Source: an uncultured Acidobacteriota bacterium (GTDB taxonomy: Bacteria > Acidobacteriota > Thermoanaerobaculia > Gp7-AA8). From it: a stretch of 64,000 nucleotides of DNA. A model generated the notes under the pieces. That model had not been told where the DNA came from. It worked only from the letters and a program-made list of their open reading frames with translations, and did not search any database. Location of the stretch: positions 1,344,001-1,408,000 of the forward strand of contig CAWGHO010000002.1 in assembly GCA_963822445.1 (NCBI GenBank), read 5' to 3'. Positions 41,704-55,848 of this stretch are shown one piece after another. How positions within the stretch are numbered: the first letter of the stretch is position 1; the number at the start of each line of letters is the position of its first letter. The translations under genes and the position numbers were made by a program.

Positions 41704-44387
41704 AAGTGCTCGCCGCGTTCATCTCGCACGAGGTCACGACGCAGGTTCGTTCCGCGCGTTTCAAGATCCTCGCGCTTGCGTACGTCGTCCTCGCCTCCGC
41801 GCCCGCGGTCGCGATCTACCTCGCCTCGCGCAAGCTCGGATATGTCCTCGACGGCGGCGCGTACGCTTGGGCCCTGCGGCTGCTCCAGCCGACGCTCACG
41901 GCACTCTTTGCGACGGTCCTGGCAGTCGACGCGATCATCCGCGAGCGTGAAGAAGGCTCGTTCAGCGTGATCTCGCTCGCGCCGCTCAGCGCGTCGGGCT
42001 ATGTGTTCCGCCGCTGGATCGCGCTGCTGGCCATTGCGGTTCCCATCACCATTCTTCCGGCGCTGATCGGCGGCGGACTCGTCGCCCATGCCGAGCGCAG
42101 CATGCCGTCGGTCGCGCCGCTCGCGTGGGAGTGGCTGCTTCATGTCGTGCCGCCGCTGCTCGTGATGTCGGCGCTGATGCTCGCGCTGGGAACGATCACC
42201 GGCCGCACCATCCTGGCCATCCTCGCGTTCGGCGCGGCCATGACCTTCGGCCTCGGATTTCTGCAGGACGGCCTCTCCTACGCGCATCGTCATCTCGAAG
42301 GCCCAGGCGACCTGATCGGCTTCGATCCGATGATCCTTCAGCGCATGGTGTGGACCGTGCGCGGCTGGTGGCACTTCGATCCGCCGACGGCCGCCGGCTA
42401 TCCGATCGAAGAAGAGCTCGACGTTCTGCTGCCCCGGAGCGCGCTCATCGTCGCGTTCACGATTTTCTTCTTGTGCATCGCGCCAGCGTTTTTGCGACGC
42501 ACGCGGCCCGACATAAAGCCGTGGCGGATCCGCGACGATCATCCGCTGCGGACGATGCTCCGCGGCCTCAATCGCATTCGCGAGAACTACCGGCCGGACG
42601 TCGGACTGCAGCCCTCCGATCGCGCGGTGATGATCTTCGGCGTTCTCGCGGCGATCGGCTGCATCGCACTTCTTTTGAACCGCGAGTCGCGCTACATCGC
42701 GCTGGCCAGCGAGCGATATGTCGCCGAGTCCGCGAAAGAGCCGCGCCAGATGAGCGTGACGCTCGTGCCGCGCTCGATCCGCGTCGAAGGCGATGCCGGG
42801 CGCACGTTCCGGACGAGAACGACATTCGCGATCGAGAATCGCGGCTCGCGTCCCGAGCATCATCTCGGCTTCGCGCTGCACCGCGGCCTGGAGATCCGGA
42901 ACGTCACCGCGACGTGCGGCAGGACGAGCATCACCCGAAAGTGGGAGCGGGTCGGCATCGACCTCGAGTCGCCGATCGCGCCGAATGGCACCTGCACCGT
43001 GACCATCGACGTGGAGGGGCAGCCCGACGCGATCGTGTTCAATCTCCGCGGCAGGGGGCGCTTCGGTTCCCGCTATCGCCGCTGGGAGCGCGCCACGACG
43101 GCGATGGATCTCAGCGATCTCTCAAGGTCGACGTTTACACCGGCAGCGACGCGCCAGCGCCTCGTGCTCGCCGCGTCGGACTTTGCGCCCGTGCCGCGGT
43201 ACACACCGTGGAGACTCGATCCCACGCACGTCAGTGCGGAGCGGGACACGAACAGTTTCATCGCCGAAGGCGTGGCCACGGTGAGTGACATCCACCTTTC
43301 GCTGCGGTTGCCGGAAGGATTCACCGCTGTCGATTCCTGCGGCGCGGTGAGCACGAAGCGCATCGAGAGCCGCTGCCGATTCGCGTTCACCGATCTGCGC
43401 ATCACCGCGGCGCGATTCAAGACAATGCCTGTCGGACGAGCAACGCTGGTCCACCTGCAGCCGCACGACGAGCTGGCGCGGATTCACGGACCGGCGATGG
43501 CCGAGGCGCTGGCGATCGCGGAACGGGCCTGGCCGGGGTTGAACATTTCCGCCAACGCGGTCTTCGTCGAGAAACCGATCACCGCCGACGGCGATCGCCC
43601 GTCGTACTACCAGCCGCTCCACGGCGGCCCGATCGAAGCCTCGGGCGCGATGTATTCGATCGCCGAATGGCTCTTCATCCGCCGGGAACCGCTCAAGCCG
43701 ACGCTGATCGGCGGCGCCATCATCACCAGCAATCTGCGCAGCCGCCGCCTGGTCGATCCGAAGGAGCGGGCCTTCTTCATGGCGTTCTTCGGCGAGGTCG
43801 CGCGTTCCAGACTCGGCGCCGGAGAGACCCGCACGGCGACCGCGGGCGGAAAAGGCCCGCGCCCTTCAACCGATCCGCTGCGCCATCTCTATCGGCCGAC
43901 CGAGGCGCTGGACCGGTTGCGCGGCGTGGTCGTCGACCTCGAGTATCGCGTCGGCGCCGATCGCATCGTCGAAGGCGTGAACGAGTTCGTGGCCGCGGGC
44001 GGCACCGGCACGGCCAAAGAGCTGCTCGACATCATCGGTCGCCACGCGAACGTGAATCTCGACAACATGTATCGCGATTACTTCGCCGGCGAGGCCTTGC
44101 CGAAGCTCACCATCGAAGACGCGACGTTCGTCCGTGACGGCAAGCGCTGGACGGTGCGCGGGTTCGTGCACAACCTCGCGACGGGGGAAGCGCTCTGTCC
44201 CGTCGTGCTGCGCACGCAGTTCGGTTCCGCGCGCCAGACCATCCTCGTCGGCGCGAACGAGCGCGTCCCGTTCACGCTCACCACGGAGTACGAGCCGCGA
44301 ACGCTGCAGCTCGACCCGGACAAGGTCGTGTACCGCCACGCCGCGGTCGGCACCGTCGACTCGATCGACTACGAAGGCGAGTCATGA
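41700..44387 (+). CDS. ABC-2 permease fused to a large extracytoplasmic domain (M1 aminopeptidase-like architecture, no HEXXH)
   Basis: GTGA coupling; IREREEGS permease motif; C-terminal LQLDPDKV. Confidence 0.75.
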   Translation: MKVLAAFISHEVTTQVRSARFKILALAYVVLASAPAVAIYLASRKLGYVLDGGAYAWALRLLQPTLTALFATVLAVDAIIREREEGSFSVISLAPLSASGYVFRRWIALLAIAVPITILPALIGGGLVAHAERSMPSVAPLAWEWLLHVVPPLLVMSALMLALGTITGRTILAILAFGAAMTFGLGFLQDGLSYAHRHLEGPGDLIGFDPMILQRMVWTVRGWWHFDPPTAAGYPIEEELDVLLPRSALIVAFTIFFLCIAPAFLRRTRPDIKPWRIRDDHPLRTMLRGLNRIRENYRPDVGLQPSDRAVMIFGVLAAIGCIALLLNRESRYIALASERYVAESAKEPRQMSVTLVPRSIRVEGDAGRTFRTRTTFAIENRGSRPEHHLGFALHRGLEIRNVTATCGRTSITRKWERVGIDLESPIAPNGTCTVTIDVEGQPDAIVFNLRGRGRFGSRYRRWERATTAMDLSDLSRSTFTPAATRQRLVLAASDFAPVPRYTPWRLDPTHVSAERDTNSFIAEGVATVSDIHLSLRLPEGFTAVDSCGAVSTKRIESRCRFAFTDLRITAARFKTMPVGRATLVHLQPHDELARIHGPAMAEALAIAERAWPGLNISANAVFVEKPITADGDRPSYYQPLHGGPIEASGAMYSIAEWLFIRREPLKPTLIGGAIITSNLRSRRLVDPKERAFFMAFFGEVARSRLGAGETRTATAGGKGPRPSTDPLRHLYRPTEALDRLRGVVVDLEYRVGADRIVEGVNEFVAAGGTGTAKELLDIIGRHANVNLDNMYRDYFAGEALPKLTIEDATFVRDGKRWTVRGFVHNLATGEALCPVVLRTQFGSARQTILVGANERVPFTLTTEYEPRTLQLDPDKVVYRHAAVGTVDSIDYEGES

Positions 44388-45067
44388 CGGTCTGGAATGC
44401 ACCCGCTGTCACCCGCGTGCGCGTCTCGCTCGCGCTTCTCACCGAGCGTCGCGTCGCGCTGTTCCTCGCCGTCGACGGCTTCTTTCTCTTCGCGGGGATG
44501 CTCATGTCCTTCGGCGGAAACGGAAGCGTGCGCGATTACTGGCTGCCGATGTTCCTGCTGCCGTCGATCTTCCTGGCCGTGCCGATCATGGCCGACGCGG
44601 TCGCGGTGGAGCGCCGCTCGGGCACGCTCGACCTCGCGCTCACGTCACCCGGTGCGCGTTTTTACTTCGAGCGGCGCGTGCTCGCGGTTGCGGCGTTGAT
44701 GATCGTGCAGGGCTGGCTGGTCATCTTCCTCGCGCGGGCGATGAACGCCGCCTACTTTCCGCTGTCCGGACCGCTCGTGCAGATCGTGATCGTGGCCATC
44801 TTCATCACGGCCATCACGCTGAACTGGTCGCTGCGGCTCAAGACCGCGGGCGCGGTCATCTTCGCCACGTACATCACGCTGCTGCTCTTCGCGCCGTGGG
44901 TCTTCTCGAATCCCATTCATCCGCCGGCGGAGATGCCCAACGGCACGATGAAGCTCGAAGACTACGTGGACTACTTCCAGCAGAACCTCGTCCTGTTCTC
45001 CGCAGCGATCGTCTTCTACCTCTACGCGCTGCAGCGGCTCTCCCGACCCGAATCGATCATCCAGTGA
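44384..45067 (+). CDS. ABC-2 type permease subunit
   Basis: ERRSGTLDLALTSP; six TMs; ATGA coupling. Confidence 0.82.
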   Translation: MTVWNAPAVTRVRVSLALLTERRVALFLAVDGFFLFAGMLMSFGGNGSVRDYWLPMFLLPSIFLAVPIMADAVAVERRSGTLDLALTSPGARFYFERRVLAVAALMIVQGWLVIFLARAMNAAYFPLSGPLVQIVIVAIFITAITLNWSLRLKTAGAVIFATYITLLLFAPWVFSNPIHPPAEMPNGTMKLEDYVDYFQQNLVLFSAAIVFYLYALQRLSRPESIIQ

Positions 45068-45075
45068 GGAACACC

Positions 45076-46116
45076 ATGCGCCGAATGTTCGCAGTCTCTC
45101 TTCTTGTTCTCGCCGCCTGCCAGCAGGAGCGGGACGTCATAAGCTCCGCGACTCCGGTGCGGATGGAAGTGCTCAAGCGCACCGAGTTCGCGCCCTCGCT
45201 CACGCTGGCCGGAGTCGTTCGCGCGTCGAAAACGATTCCGCTCACGGCGACGCAGCGCGGCACGCTGGTGCTCGCGCCGCGATTCCGCGACGGCCTGCGC
45301 ACGGGCGAAGCGGTGAAGCGCGGTGAGCTCGTCGCCGAGGTGCGGAACGACCAGGTCGTGTTCTCGCGGACGCAGGCTCGCCTGCAGATGGAGGCCGCGC
45401 AGGCGGATCACGAGCGGATGGAGCGCAGCCATCGCGAAGGCCTCGTTTCCAGCGCGGAGTATTCAGCGTCTGCATTGCGCGCGCGGCTGGCCAAGGAAAC
45501 GTACGCCGCGATGCAGCGCGATGTCGCGACGCTCCGCATCGTTGCGCCAGCATCCGGTCATCTCGTCGTCACGAAGCAGATCGCCACCGGCGCGATCATC
45601 GACGCCGGAACGGTGCTGGCCGAGGTTGCTGGGGAGGGTGTGCCGCTCGTGGAGAGCGCGGTGGCCGCGTCGGAACGCGCGTTGATCCGGCCCGGACTGA
45701 ACGTGCAGTTCAGCGGGCCGGGCGGGTGGACGGGCGCGGGGAAGATCACCGAGGTGGCGAGTGTGATCGATGCGGCGGGAACGGCGCGCGTCGTCGCGGA
45801 GCTCGCGAACAACGTGACGATGCCCGCGCCGGGAACGGGGCTGGAGTTGCGGGTCGAGCTCGATCGCCGTCCGGACGTGCTCACCGTTCCCGATGACGCA
45901 ATCGTCGCCGGCAGTGAAGGACCGGCGGTTTACGTCGCGGCGATGGGCGATGGGATCGAGCGCGGGTTCCGCGTCAGGCGCGTCGATGTTGCGACCGGTG
46001 GTCGGGCCGCGGGCCGCGTGGAAGTGACCAGCGGCGTGCGCGACGGCGATCGCGTGGTCGTATCCGGCGCCGATGCGCTGACCGACGACGCGGTGGTCAT
46101 GGAGTCGAAGCCGTGA
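45076..46116 (+). CDS. RND periplasmic adaptor (MFP) lipoprotein
   Basis: Lipobox LLVLAAC, IVAPASG, VPDDAIV, GDRVVVSG. Confidence 0.9.
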   Translation: MRRMFAVSLLVLAACQQERDVISSATPVRMEVLKRTEFAPSLTLAGVVRASKTIPLTATQRGTLVLAPRFRDGLRTGEAVKRGELVAEVRNDQVVFSRTQARLQMEAAQADHERMERSHREGLVSSAEYSASALRARLAKETYAAMQRDVATLRIVAPASGHLVVTKQIATGAIIDAGTVLAEVAGEGVPLVESAVAASERALIRPGLNVQFSGPGGWTGAGKITEVASVIDAAGTARVVAELANNVTMPAPGTGLELRVELDRRPDVLTVPDDAIVAGSEGPAVYVAAMGDGIERGFRVRRVDVATGGRAAGRVEVTSGVRDGDRVVVSGADALTDDAVVMESKP

Positions 46117-48966
46117 TCGAGCAGATCCTGCGGCGCCCCGTCTCCGTGGCCGTAGCCACGCTGGCGATGTGCGCCCTCGGCGTCTTCTCGCTGCTCGAGC
46201 TGCCGCTCTCGCTGCTGCCGTCGATCGAGCGGCCGAAGCTCGTGGTCGAAGCGCGCGCCGATGCGAGCTCGCGCGACGAGCTGCTCCACGAAGTCACGGG
46301 ACCGATCGAACGGAGGCTTTCCTCCGTTCCCGGCATCACCTCGATCGAGAGCGAAACGAGCGACGGACTGTCGCGGATCGAGATCGGTTCGGCGTGGCAG
46401 ACCGATCCCGACCGGCTGCGCATCGACGTCGCACGCCGCATCGAAGGAGCCACGACGTTGCCGCTCGACGATCTGACCATCGACGTTGCCGGGAACGATG
46501 TCTCGCCGGTGATCGAAGTCGCGGTGAGCGGCGCGTCGGGCTCGACGCGGACGCGGATCGCGGAGCGCGTGGTTCTGCCGGAGCTCGCGCGAATCGAAGG
46601 CGCGGGGAAGGTCGACGTGATCGGCGCGCGGCCTCTGCGCGTCGTCGTGCAGCCGCGGGCAGCATCGCTGATCGCGCGGGGATTGACCGCGCTCGATGTC
46701 GAAGAGCGCTTGCGCGTCGCGGGATCAGCGGTTGCTGCCGGGCGGGTGCGGGAGGGGGCGTCGGTGCGGCCGCTGGTCGTCACGCAGCCGATCCTCTCGC
46801 TCGAAGATCTTCGCGCGTTGCGGGTGAAGGGCGTGCCGCTCGGGGAGATTGCCGAGGTATCGCTGCGTGAGGTCGCTGACGATAGTTTGTTTCGTACGCG
46901 CCACGGGGAGGCTGTTCTCCTCCAGGTTCACCGCGCACCGAACGCGAACGCTGTCTCCCTCGCACGCGAAGTCCGCAAACGCGTTGGCGAGCTGTCCGGT
47001 CGCGCGGCCGGCGTGCGCATCGCCGTGGTCAACGATCGCAGCGAGGAAGTCACGCGCGCCCTGTTCGAGCTCGGCATCGCCGCGCTTCTCGGCGTCCTCC
47101 TCGGCACGCTCGTTCTGCGCTACATGCTCGGCGTGTGGCGGCCGACGCTCGCGCTGGCGATCGTCGTGCCCGCGGCGCTGCTGGCGTCGTTCAGCGCGTT
47201 TTACTTCGCCGGCATTCAACTCGACGTCATCTCGCTGGCCGGCCTCGCTTTGGCGACAGGGCTGCTGGTCGACAACTCCATCGTCGTGCTCGAGTCGGTC
47301 GAAAGCGCACGCGCCGCGGGGAAACCGAACGCGGTCGCGGCAGGCACGCGGCAGATCGTCCTCGCGGTCGTGGCCAGCTCCATCACGCTGATGATCGTCT
47401 TCGCGCCGCTGCTTTATCTCCGCGGTCTGGCCCGTGCGCTCTTCGGCGAGCAGGCGGTCGCGGTCGTGGCATCTGTCGCGGCGTCGCTCGTGCTGTCGCT
47501 CACGCTCACGCCGGTGCTCGCGCAACGCGACGACGTTCCGACGCGTCCGCGCAGCCCCGGCCTCGCGTCCTACCTGCGCATGCTCGGTCGCGTGACGGAG
47601 AACCCTGCACGCGCACTCACCGCGGCCATCGCGATCATGGTCCTGTCGTTCGCACTCGGCGGACTGCTCCCGCGAGAACTGTTCGCACGCGGCTCGGACG
47701 ATCGAACCGTCATCGAAGCCCGTCTCGCGCCGGACCTCGATCCTGCCGCTTCGCGCGCGCTCGGCAATGAGCTCTGGAACGCCATCGCCGCGAACGACAA
47801 GCGGATGATCCAGCGCGGCAATCGCATCACCATCGAGCTGGCCGGTCCTCTCGAGACGGTGCCGGCCATCGCCGGAATCCGCACGACCATCCGCCAGAAA
47901 CCGAGCGCGTTCATCGAGGCCATCAGCGGTGACGCCGATCGCGTCGAGCTGATTGCGTCAGCTGCTTCCGAGGGCGAGGCCGCGGCGCTGGCGGGGCGAA
48001 TCGAAGAGCGGATGAAGAAGGCCGGATTCGCGCGCGTCGATGACGACCTGACCCGCGGACGCGCGGCGATGCTGCTGCGCTGGAACGAGACGCTCATGGG
48101 TCCGGATCGCCGCGCGGTCGAACGGCAGGTGCGCGCGGCTCTGGGAACGGTCGATATCGGACAAACTGAGATCGCGCGCGCCGAGCCTGCGATTCTGCTG
48201 CAGCCGACGACACCGCACGAGTTGTCGCTGGTCCCCGTTCGCAGCGGCGATCACGTCGTGCCGCTGTCGGCGCTTTCCGGCGCGCGACTCGCGCAGCGCA
48301 CACCGGTCGCCGTGCGCGATCAGGGACGGCCCGCGCACCGGCTCGTGTTCGAAGGCAACGCGGCCATGCCCGTGCTCGCGCAACAGGGCACCGAGCGGAT
48401 TCGCGTGGCCGGCCATGCGCGCGAGCTGGCGGATGCGTTCGCACAGATGCGCGTCGCGTTCATCCTCGCCGCGATCCTCCTCTATCTGACCGTCGCCGCG
48501 TTTTACGAATCGCTCGTTCTGCCGCTGCTGGTGATGAGCGCATTGCCGTTCGCTGGTGCGGGCGCGCTGGTCGCGCTCGTCGCAACCGGCCAATCACTCA
48601 ACGTGATGTCGCTCATCGGCCTGGTCTTCCTCGGCGGCGTGGTCGTGAATCACACCGTCGTCCTGATCGATCGCGCCGAACAACTGCGCAAGACCGGCGT
48701 GCCCGCGATCGCCGCGATCCGCCAAGCCGCTGCCGATCGCTATCGCCCGGTGATCATGACCACCGTCACCGCGCTGCTGGGCATGCTGCCGTTGGCGATT
48801 CTTGGCGGACCGGGTGTCGAGCTGCGCCGCGCGGTTGCTGTTGCCGTGACCGGAGGATTGATCACGGCGACGCTCGGCACGTTGTTCGTCGTGCCGCTGC
48901 TGTATCGCTTCCTCGATCGCGGCGCGAAATCGGGCGAAGTCGAAGAAGAAGGGGTCGCGCTGGCGC

Positions 48967-48974
<8 letters not shown>
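46113..48974 (+). CDS. RND (AcrB-family) permease
   Basis: RRPVSV, LPLSLLP, GLLVDNSIVV, ADRYRPVIMT. Confidence 0.9.
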
Positions 48975-52707
<3,733 letters not shown>

Positions 52708-52714
52708 GCGCCGG

Positions 52715-52791
52715 TGGCGTCCCCGGCAGGGCTCGAACCTGCGACCCACAGCTTAGAAGGCTGTTGCTCTGTCCAGCTGAGCTACGGGGAC
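52715..52791 (-). tRNA. tRNA-Arg(TCT)
   Basis: GTCCCCG stem, anticodon arm ACAGC-CTTCTAA-GCTGT, CCA. Confidence 0.95.
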
Positions 52792-52810
52792 GTGAGACGG
52801 CGCTGCGCGC

Positions 52811-52907
52811 CGAATGCAAAAGGCAGAATGCAGAATGCAGAAAAGTCCGGGATTGCGCACGGGCCGCGTTCTCTTTTCTGCATTTTGCATTCTGCATTCT
52901 GCATTCG
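52811..52907. repeat. Inverted tandem heptamer element (GAATGCA)n ... (TGCATTC)n
   Basis: CGAATGCAAAAGGCAGAATGCAGAATGCAGAAAAG ... CTTTTCTGCATTTTGCATTCTGCATTCTGCATTCG. Confidence 0.9.
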
Positions 52908-52925
52908 CGGCCGCAAGGCCGCGTT

Positions 52926-53002
<77 letters not shown>

Positions 53003-53142
53003 ACGTATTTGTGGTTGGCGGCCGCCGCACTGCCAACCCGCGGCGGCTGGACGCCATTCCGAGATTGTGGCACACGCAAGTCGTGGCGGCAGGTGACGCT
53101 CGTGCCCCAGCCTTGGGCAACAAGCGCAGCCGGCCGTGCCGG

Positions 53143-53574
53143 CTAGACGGCCTGAGCGGTCGCGGGCTCGCCCATTCTGCGGGCGGGTAGGGCCGCGGTC
53201 CACTTCGCCACATCCGCCTTGGTCAGAATGAACTCGAATGCCGCGCCGTGACAGCGGAGGCGCATGACCCGGCAGTCGTCGTCGACCGTCTTGCCGATGG
53301 CCAGCTCGTCGTCGTATTCGATCTCATCCACGCGGGCCAGCTCGAACGACGCTTCGAGGTCGGGGTTCTCGTAATAGAACGTGTCGGCGGTGAGGGCCAG
53401 GGCCACGGGGATCCTCTCCATCCCCTCCACGTACTCGGCCCGGCTCACCACTTTTGACGTCGGCTGGCGTTTCTTGATCAACACATCCAGGTGATCGCGC
53501 TGCCGCATCTTCAGGAACATCGCGACCAGGCCAACCACTACCAGCACCAGAATCACCGACGGGATGAACGTCAT
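53143..53574 (-). CDS. Membrane-anchored hypothetical protein
   Basis: N-terminal TM, GGAGG SD, beta-rich soluble domain. Confidence 0.75.
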   Translation of the reverse strand: MTFIPSVILVLVVVGLVAMFLKMRQRDHLDVLIKKRQPTSKVVSRAEYVEGMERIPVALALTADTFYYENPDLEASFELARVDEIEYDDELAIGKTVDDDCRVMRLRCHGAAFEFILTKADVAKWTAALPARRMGEPATAQAV

Positions 53575-53714
53575 TGCCCAGTTCCTCCAGTGTTCGTGAC
53601 GTCAGAAATTGCGAGTGCGAAAAATGTACGCCTTTTGCGGCCGAACAACCAGCAAAATCGGATACGCAGCGGCCGCGGCGGTGGCCGCCGTCGGATCGCC
53701 TACAATGACCGCGC

Positions 53715-54188
53715 ATGGCGGGAGCGAGGAAGAGGACGCGGCAAGAGCACTCTTCAGGCGGCGCTGTAGTGGCCATCCGGAACGGGCAGCCGCACGTCGC
53801 GCTCATCGCCACACGCGGCAAAACACGCTGGGGGCTTCCCAAGGGCGCCGTCAGCCAGGGGGAGACGTCCGAGGCCGCCGCGTTGCGCGAAGTGCTCGAG
53901 GAAACGGGCATCACCGCGAAGATCGTCAAGCCCCTCGACACCATCGAATACTTCTTCCGCGCCGGGGACACGCTCATTCAGAAACGCGTCGACTTCTACC
54001 TGATGGAGTACCTCGGCGGCGACATCGTCCCCCAGCTCAGCGAGGTTGACGACGTGGAGTGGGTCGAGCTTTCGACGGCGATCCGGCGCGCGAGCTTCGA
54101 GTCCGAGCGGAAGCTTTTGGAGATGGCCCTGCAGGACCTTTCTTCGAGCCCTTCCGCGCCGTCGGCTTCTTCGCCACAGCCTTCTTAG
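53715..54188 (+). CDS. NUDIX hydrolase (Ap4A hydrolase-like)
   Basis: WGLPKGAVSQGETSEAAALREVLEETG, complete Nudix box. Confidence 0.92.
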   Translation: MAGARKRTRQEHSSGGAVVAIRNGQPHVALIATRGKTRWGLPKGAVSQGETSEAAALREVLEETGITAKIVKPLDTIEYFFRAGDTLIQKRVDFYLMEYLGGDIVPQLSEVDDVEWVELSTAIRRASFESERKLLEMALQDLSSSPSAPSASSPQPS

Positions 54189-54867
54189 AGGCGGCCTTTT
54201 TCGTCGAGGCCTTCTTCTCCGCCATCAGCCGCGTGGCCATCGTCGGCGCTTTCCGCCCTGCCGCCTGGCGGTTGCTGATCCAGACATTCTCCGGATCAAC
54301 TTCTTCAACCGTGCGGCCCGACACCACCGATTGCGGCGCGACCTCGGTCACGTCCACTTTTTCACTCGCGAACTGATCGCGATGCTTCAGCAGCAGCCAC
54401 TCGTTGCCCTTGTCCGACTTCGAGCGCCCGCCGATTTTCACCAGCGCCCACTCGCCGAACATCTTCTTCCCGAACATCCTGAAGGTCAGCTTGCCTGACT
54501 TCACCGCCTTCACCGGATCATCGCCGGGCTCGATGAACTCCCACGTGCCGTTGTCCCAGATGATCACGTTCCCCGCGCCGTAATTGCCCGCCGGGATCAC
54601 CCCTTCGAAAGCCGCGTAATCGTACGGATGATCCTCGGTCATCATCGCCAGCCGCTTCGTGCCCGGGTCGTACGACGGCCCTTTCGGAACGGCCCACGAC
54701 TTGAGCACGCCCTCCATCTCCAGGCGAAAGTCGTAGTGAAGATGCGAAGCCTGATGCTTCTGAATGACGAAGATCGGCAGCTTCGTTTTCTTCGGCTTGC
54801 CGCCTGACGGCTCCGGCGTATCGCCGAAGTCGCGCATCTCCTTGTACTTCTTCAGCAGGTCGGGCAT
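54037..54867 (-). CDS. Stand-alone LigD 3'-phosphoesterase domain protein
   Basis: FVIQKHQASHLHYDFRLE, SWAVPKGP, EDHPYDY, YGAG; Lys/Ala-rich tail. Confidence 0.9.
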   Translation of the reverse strand: MPDLLKKYKEMRDFGDTPEPSGGKPKKTKLPIFVIQKHQASHLHYDFRLEMEGVLKSWAVPKGPSYDPGTKRLAMMTEDHPYDYAAFEGVIPAGNYGAGNVIIWDNGTWEFIEPGDDPVKAVKSGKLTFRMFGKKMFGEWALVKIGGRSKSDKGNEWLLLKHRDQFASEKVDVTEVAPQSVVSGRTVEEVDPENVWISNRQAAGRKAPTMATRLMAEKKASTKKAASKKAVAKKPTARKGSKKGPAGPSPKASARTRSSRAGSPSKARPTPRRQPR

Positions 54868-54873
54868 GTCGCG

Positions 54874-55734
54874 TTACGACGCTTTCCGTTTCTTCGGCGC
54901 GGTCTTCGCGGCCGGTTTGGCCGGCGCACGTTTCGCTGGTGCGCGCTTCTTCGCGCCGGCTCCGCCACCTTCGAGACTGCGGCGCAGCGCTTCCATGATG
55001 TCGACGACTTCCGCGGCCTTGTCTTCGTCGGGAGCGCTCCAAATGATCGTCTCGCCTTCCGACTTCGCGCGGATCCTGTCCATCAGCCGCTCGCGATACT
55101 GATCCTTGTAAGCCAGCGGATCGAACTCCTCGACGGACAGCTCGCTGATCAACATCTCCGCGAGCGCGATCTCCTTGTCCTTGAGCTGCGAGTCCTCGCG
55201 ATCGATCGCGGCGAAGTCGCGCACCTCGTCGGCGTAATACATCGTGTGCAGGATCAGACCGTCCTCGTACGGACGGAGCACGACGAGATGCTCGCGGTTT
55301 CCGCTGACCCAGCGGGCCACGGCCACCTTCCCCTGTTTCTTCATCGCCTGGGCGAGGAGGTTGTAGGTCTTGCTGCCGCCCGGCGAGGGCCCGAGGTAGT
55401 AGGCCTTTTCGAAGAAGACCGGGTCGATCTGGTCGAGGTCGACGAACTCGGTGATCTCCAGCGCGCGGTTGTCGTCGCTCTCCAACGCGTTGATCTCTTC
55501 ATCGGAGAAAGTGACGTAGCGGTTCTTCGCGATCTGGTACGCGCGGACCATGTCCCCCATCTCGATCATCTCTTCGTGCTGCGGGCACCACCACTTGCGA
55601 TTCACCCGCGAGCCGCACGAGCCGTGGAGGAGATTGAAGCTGACGTCCTCCGACTTCGTGGCCGTGTAGAAGCGGACGGGGATGTTCACCAGTCCGAACG
55701 AGATGCTGGCGTTGCGCAGAGGGCGTAAAGCCAT
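54874..55734 (-). CDS. ku: NHEJ DNA end-binding protein Ku
   Basis: ISFGLVNIPV, YYLGP, VVDIMEALRRSL, basic tail. Confidence 0.95.
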   Translation of the reverse strand: MALRPLRNASISFGLVNIPVRFYTATKSEDVSFNLLHGSCGSRVNRKWWCPQHEEMIEMGDMVRAYQIAKNRYVTFSDEEINALESDDNRALEITEFVDLDQIDPVFFEKAYYLGPSPGGSKTYNLLAQAMKKQGKVAVARWVSGNREHLVVLRPYEDGLILHTMYYADEVRDFAAIDREDSQLKDKEIALAEMLISELSVEEFDPLAYKDQYRERLMDRIRAKSEGETIIWSAPDEDKAAEVVDIMEALRRSLEGGGAGAKKRAPAKRAPAKPAAKTAPKKRKAS

Positions 55735-55848
55735 GAGGTTGCCTCCTGCGGGGTACTTTGCATACGCTGTTCCTGCCGGAACTAGCTGTGTTTCGTAGAA
55801 TTTAGCTCGTCACCGGCGTCGTTTTTGCAACAGAGGCGCCCGGCATCG

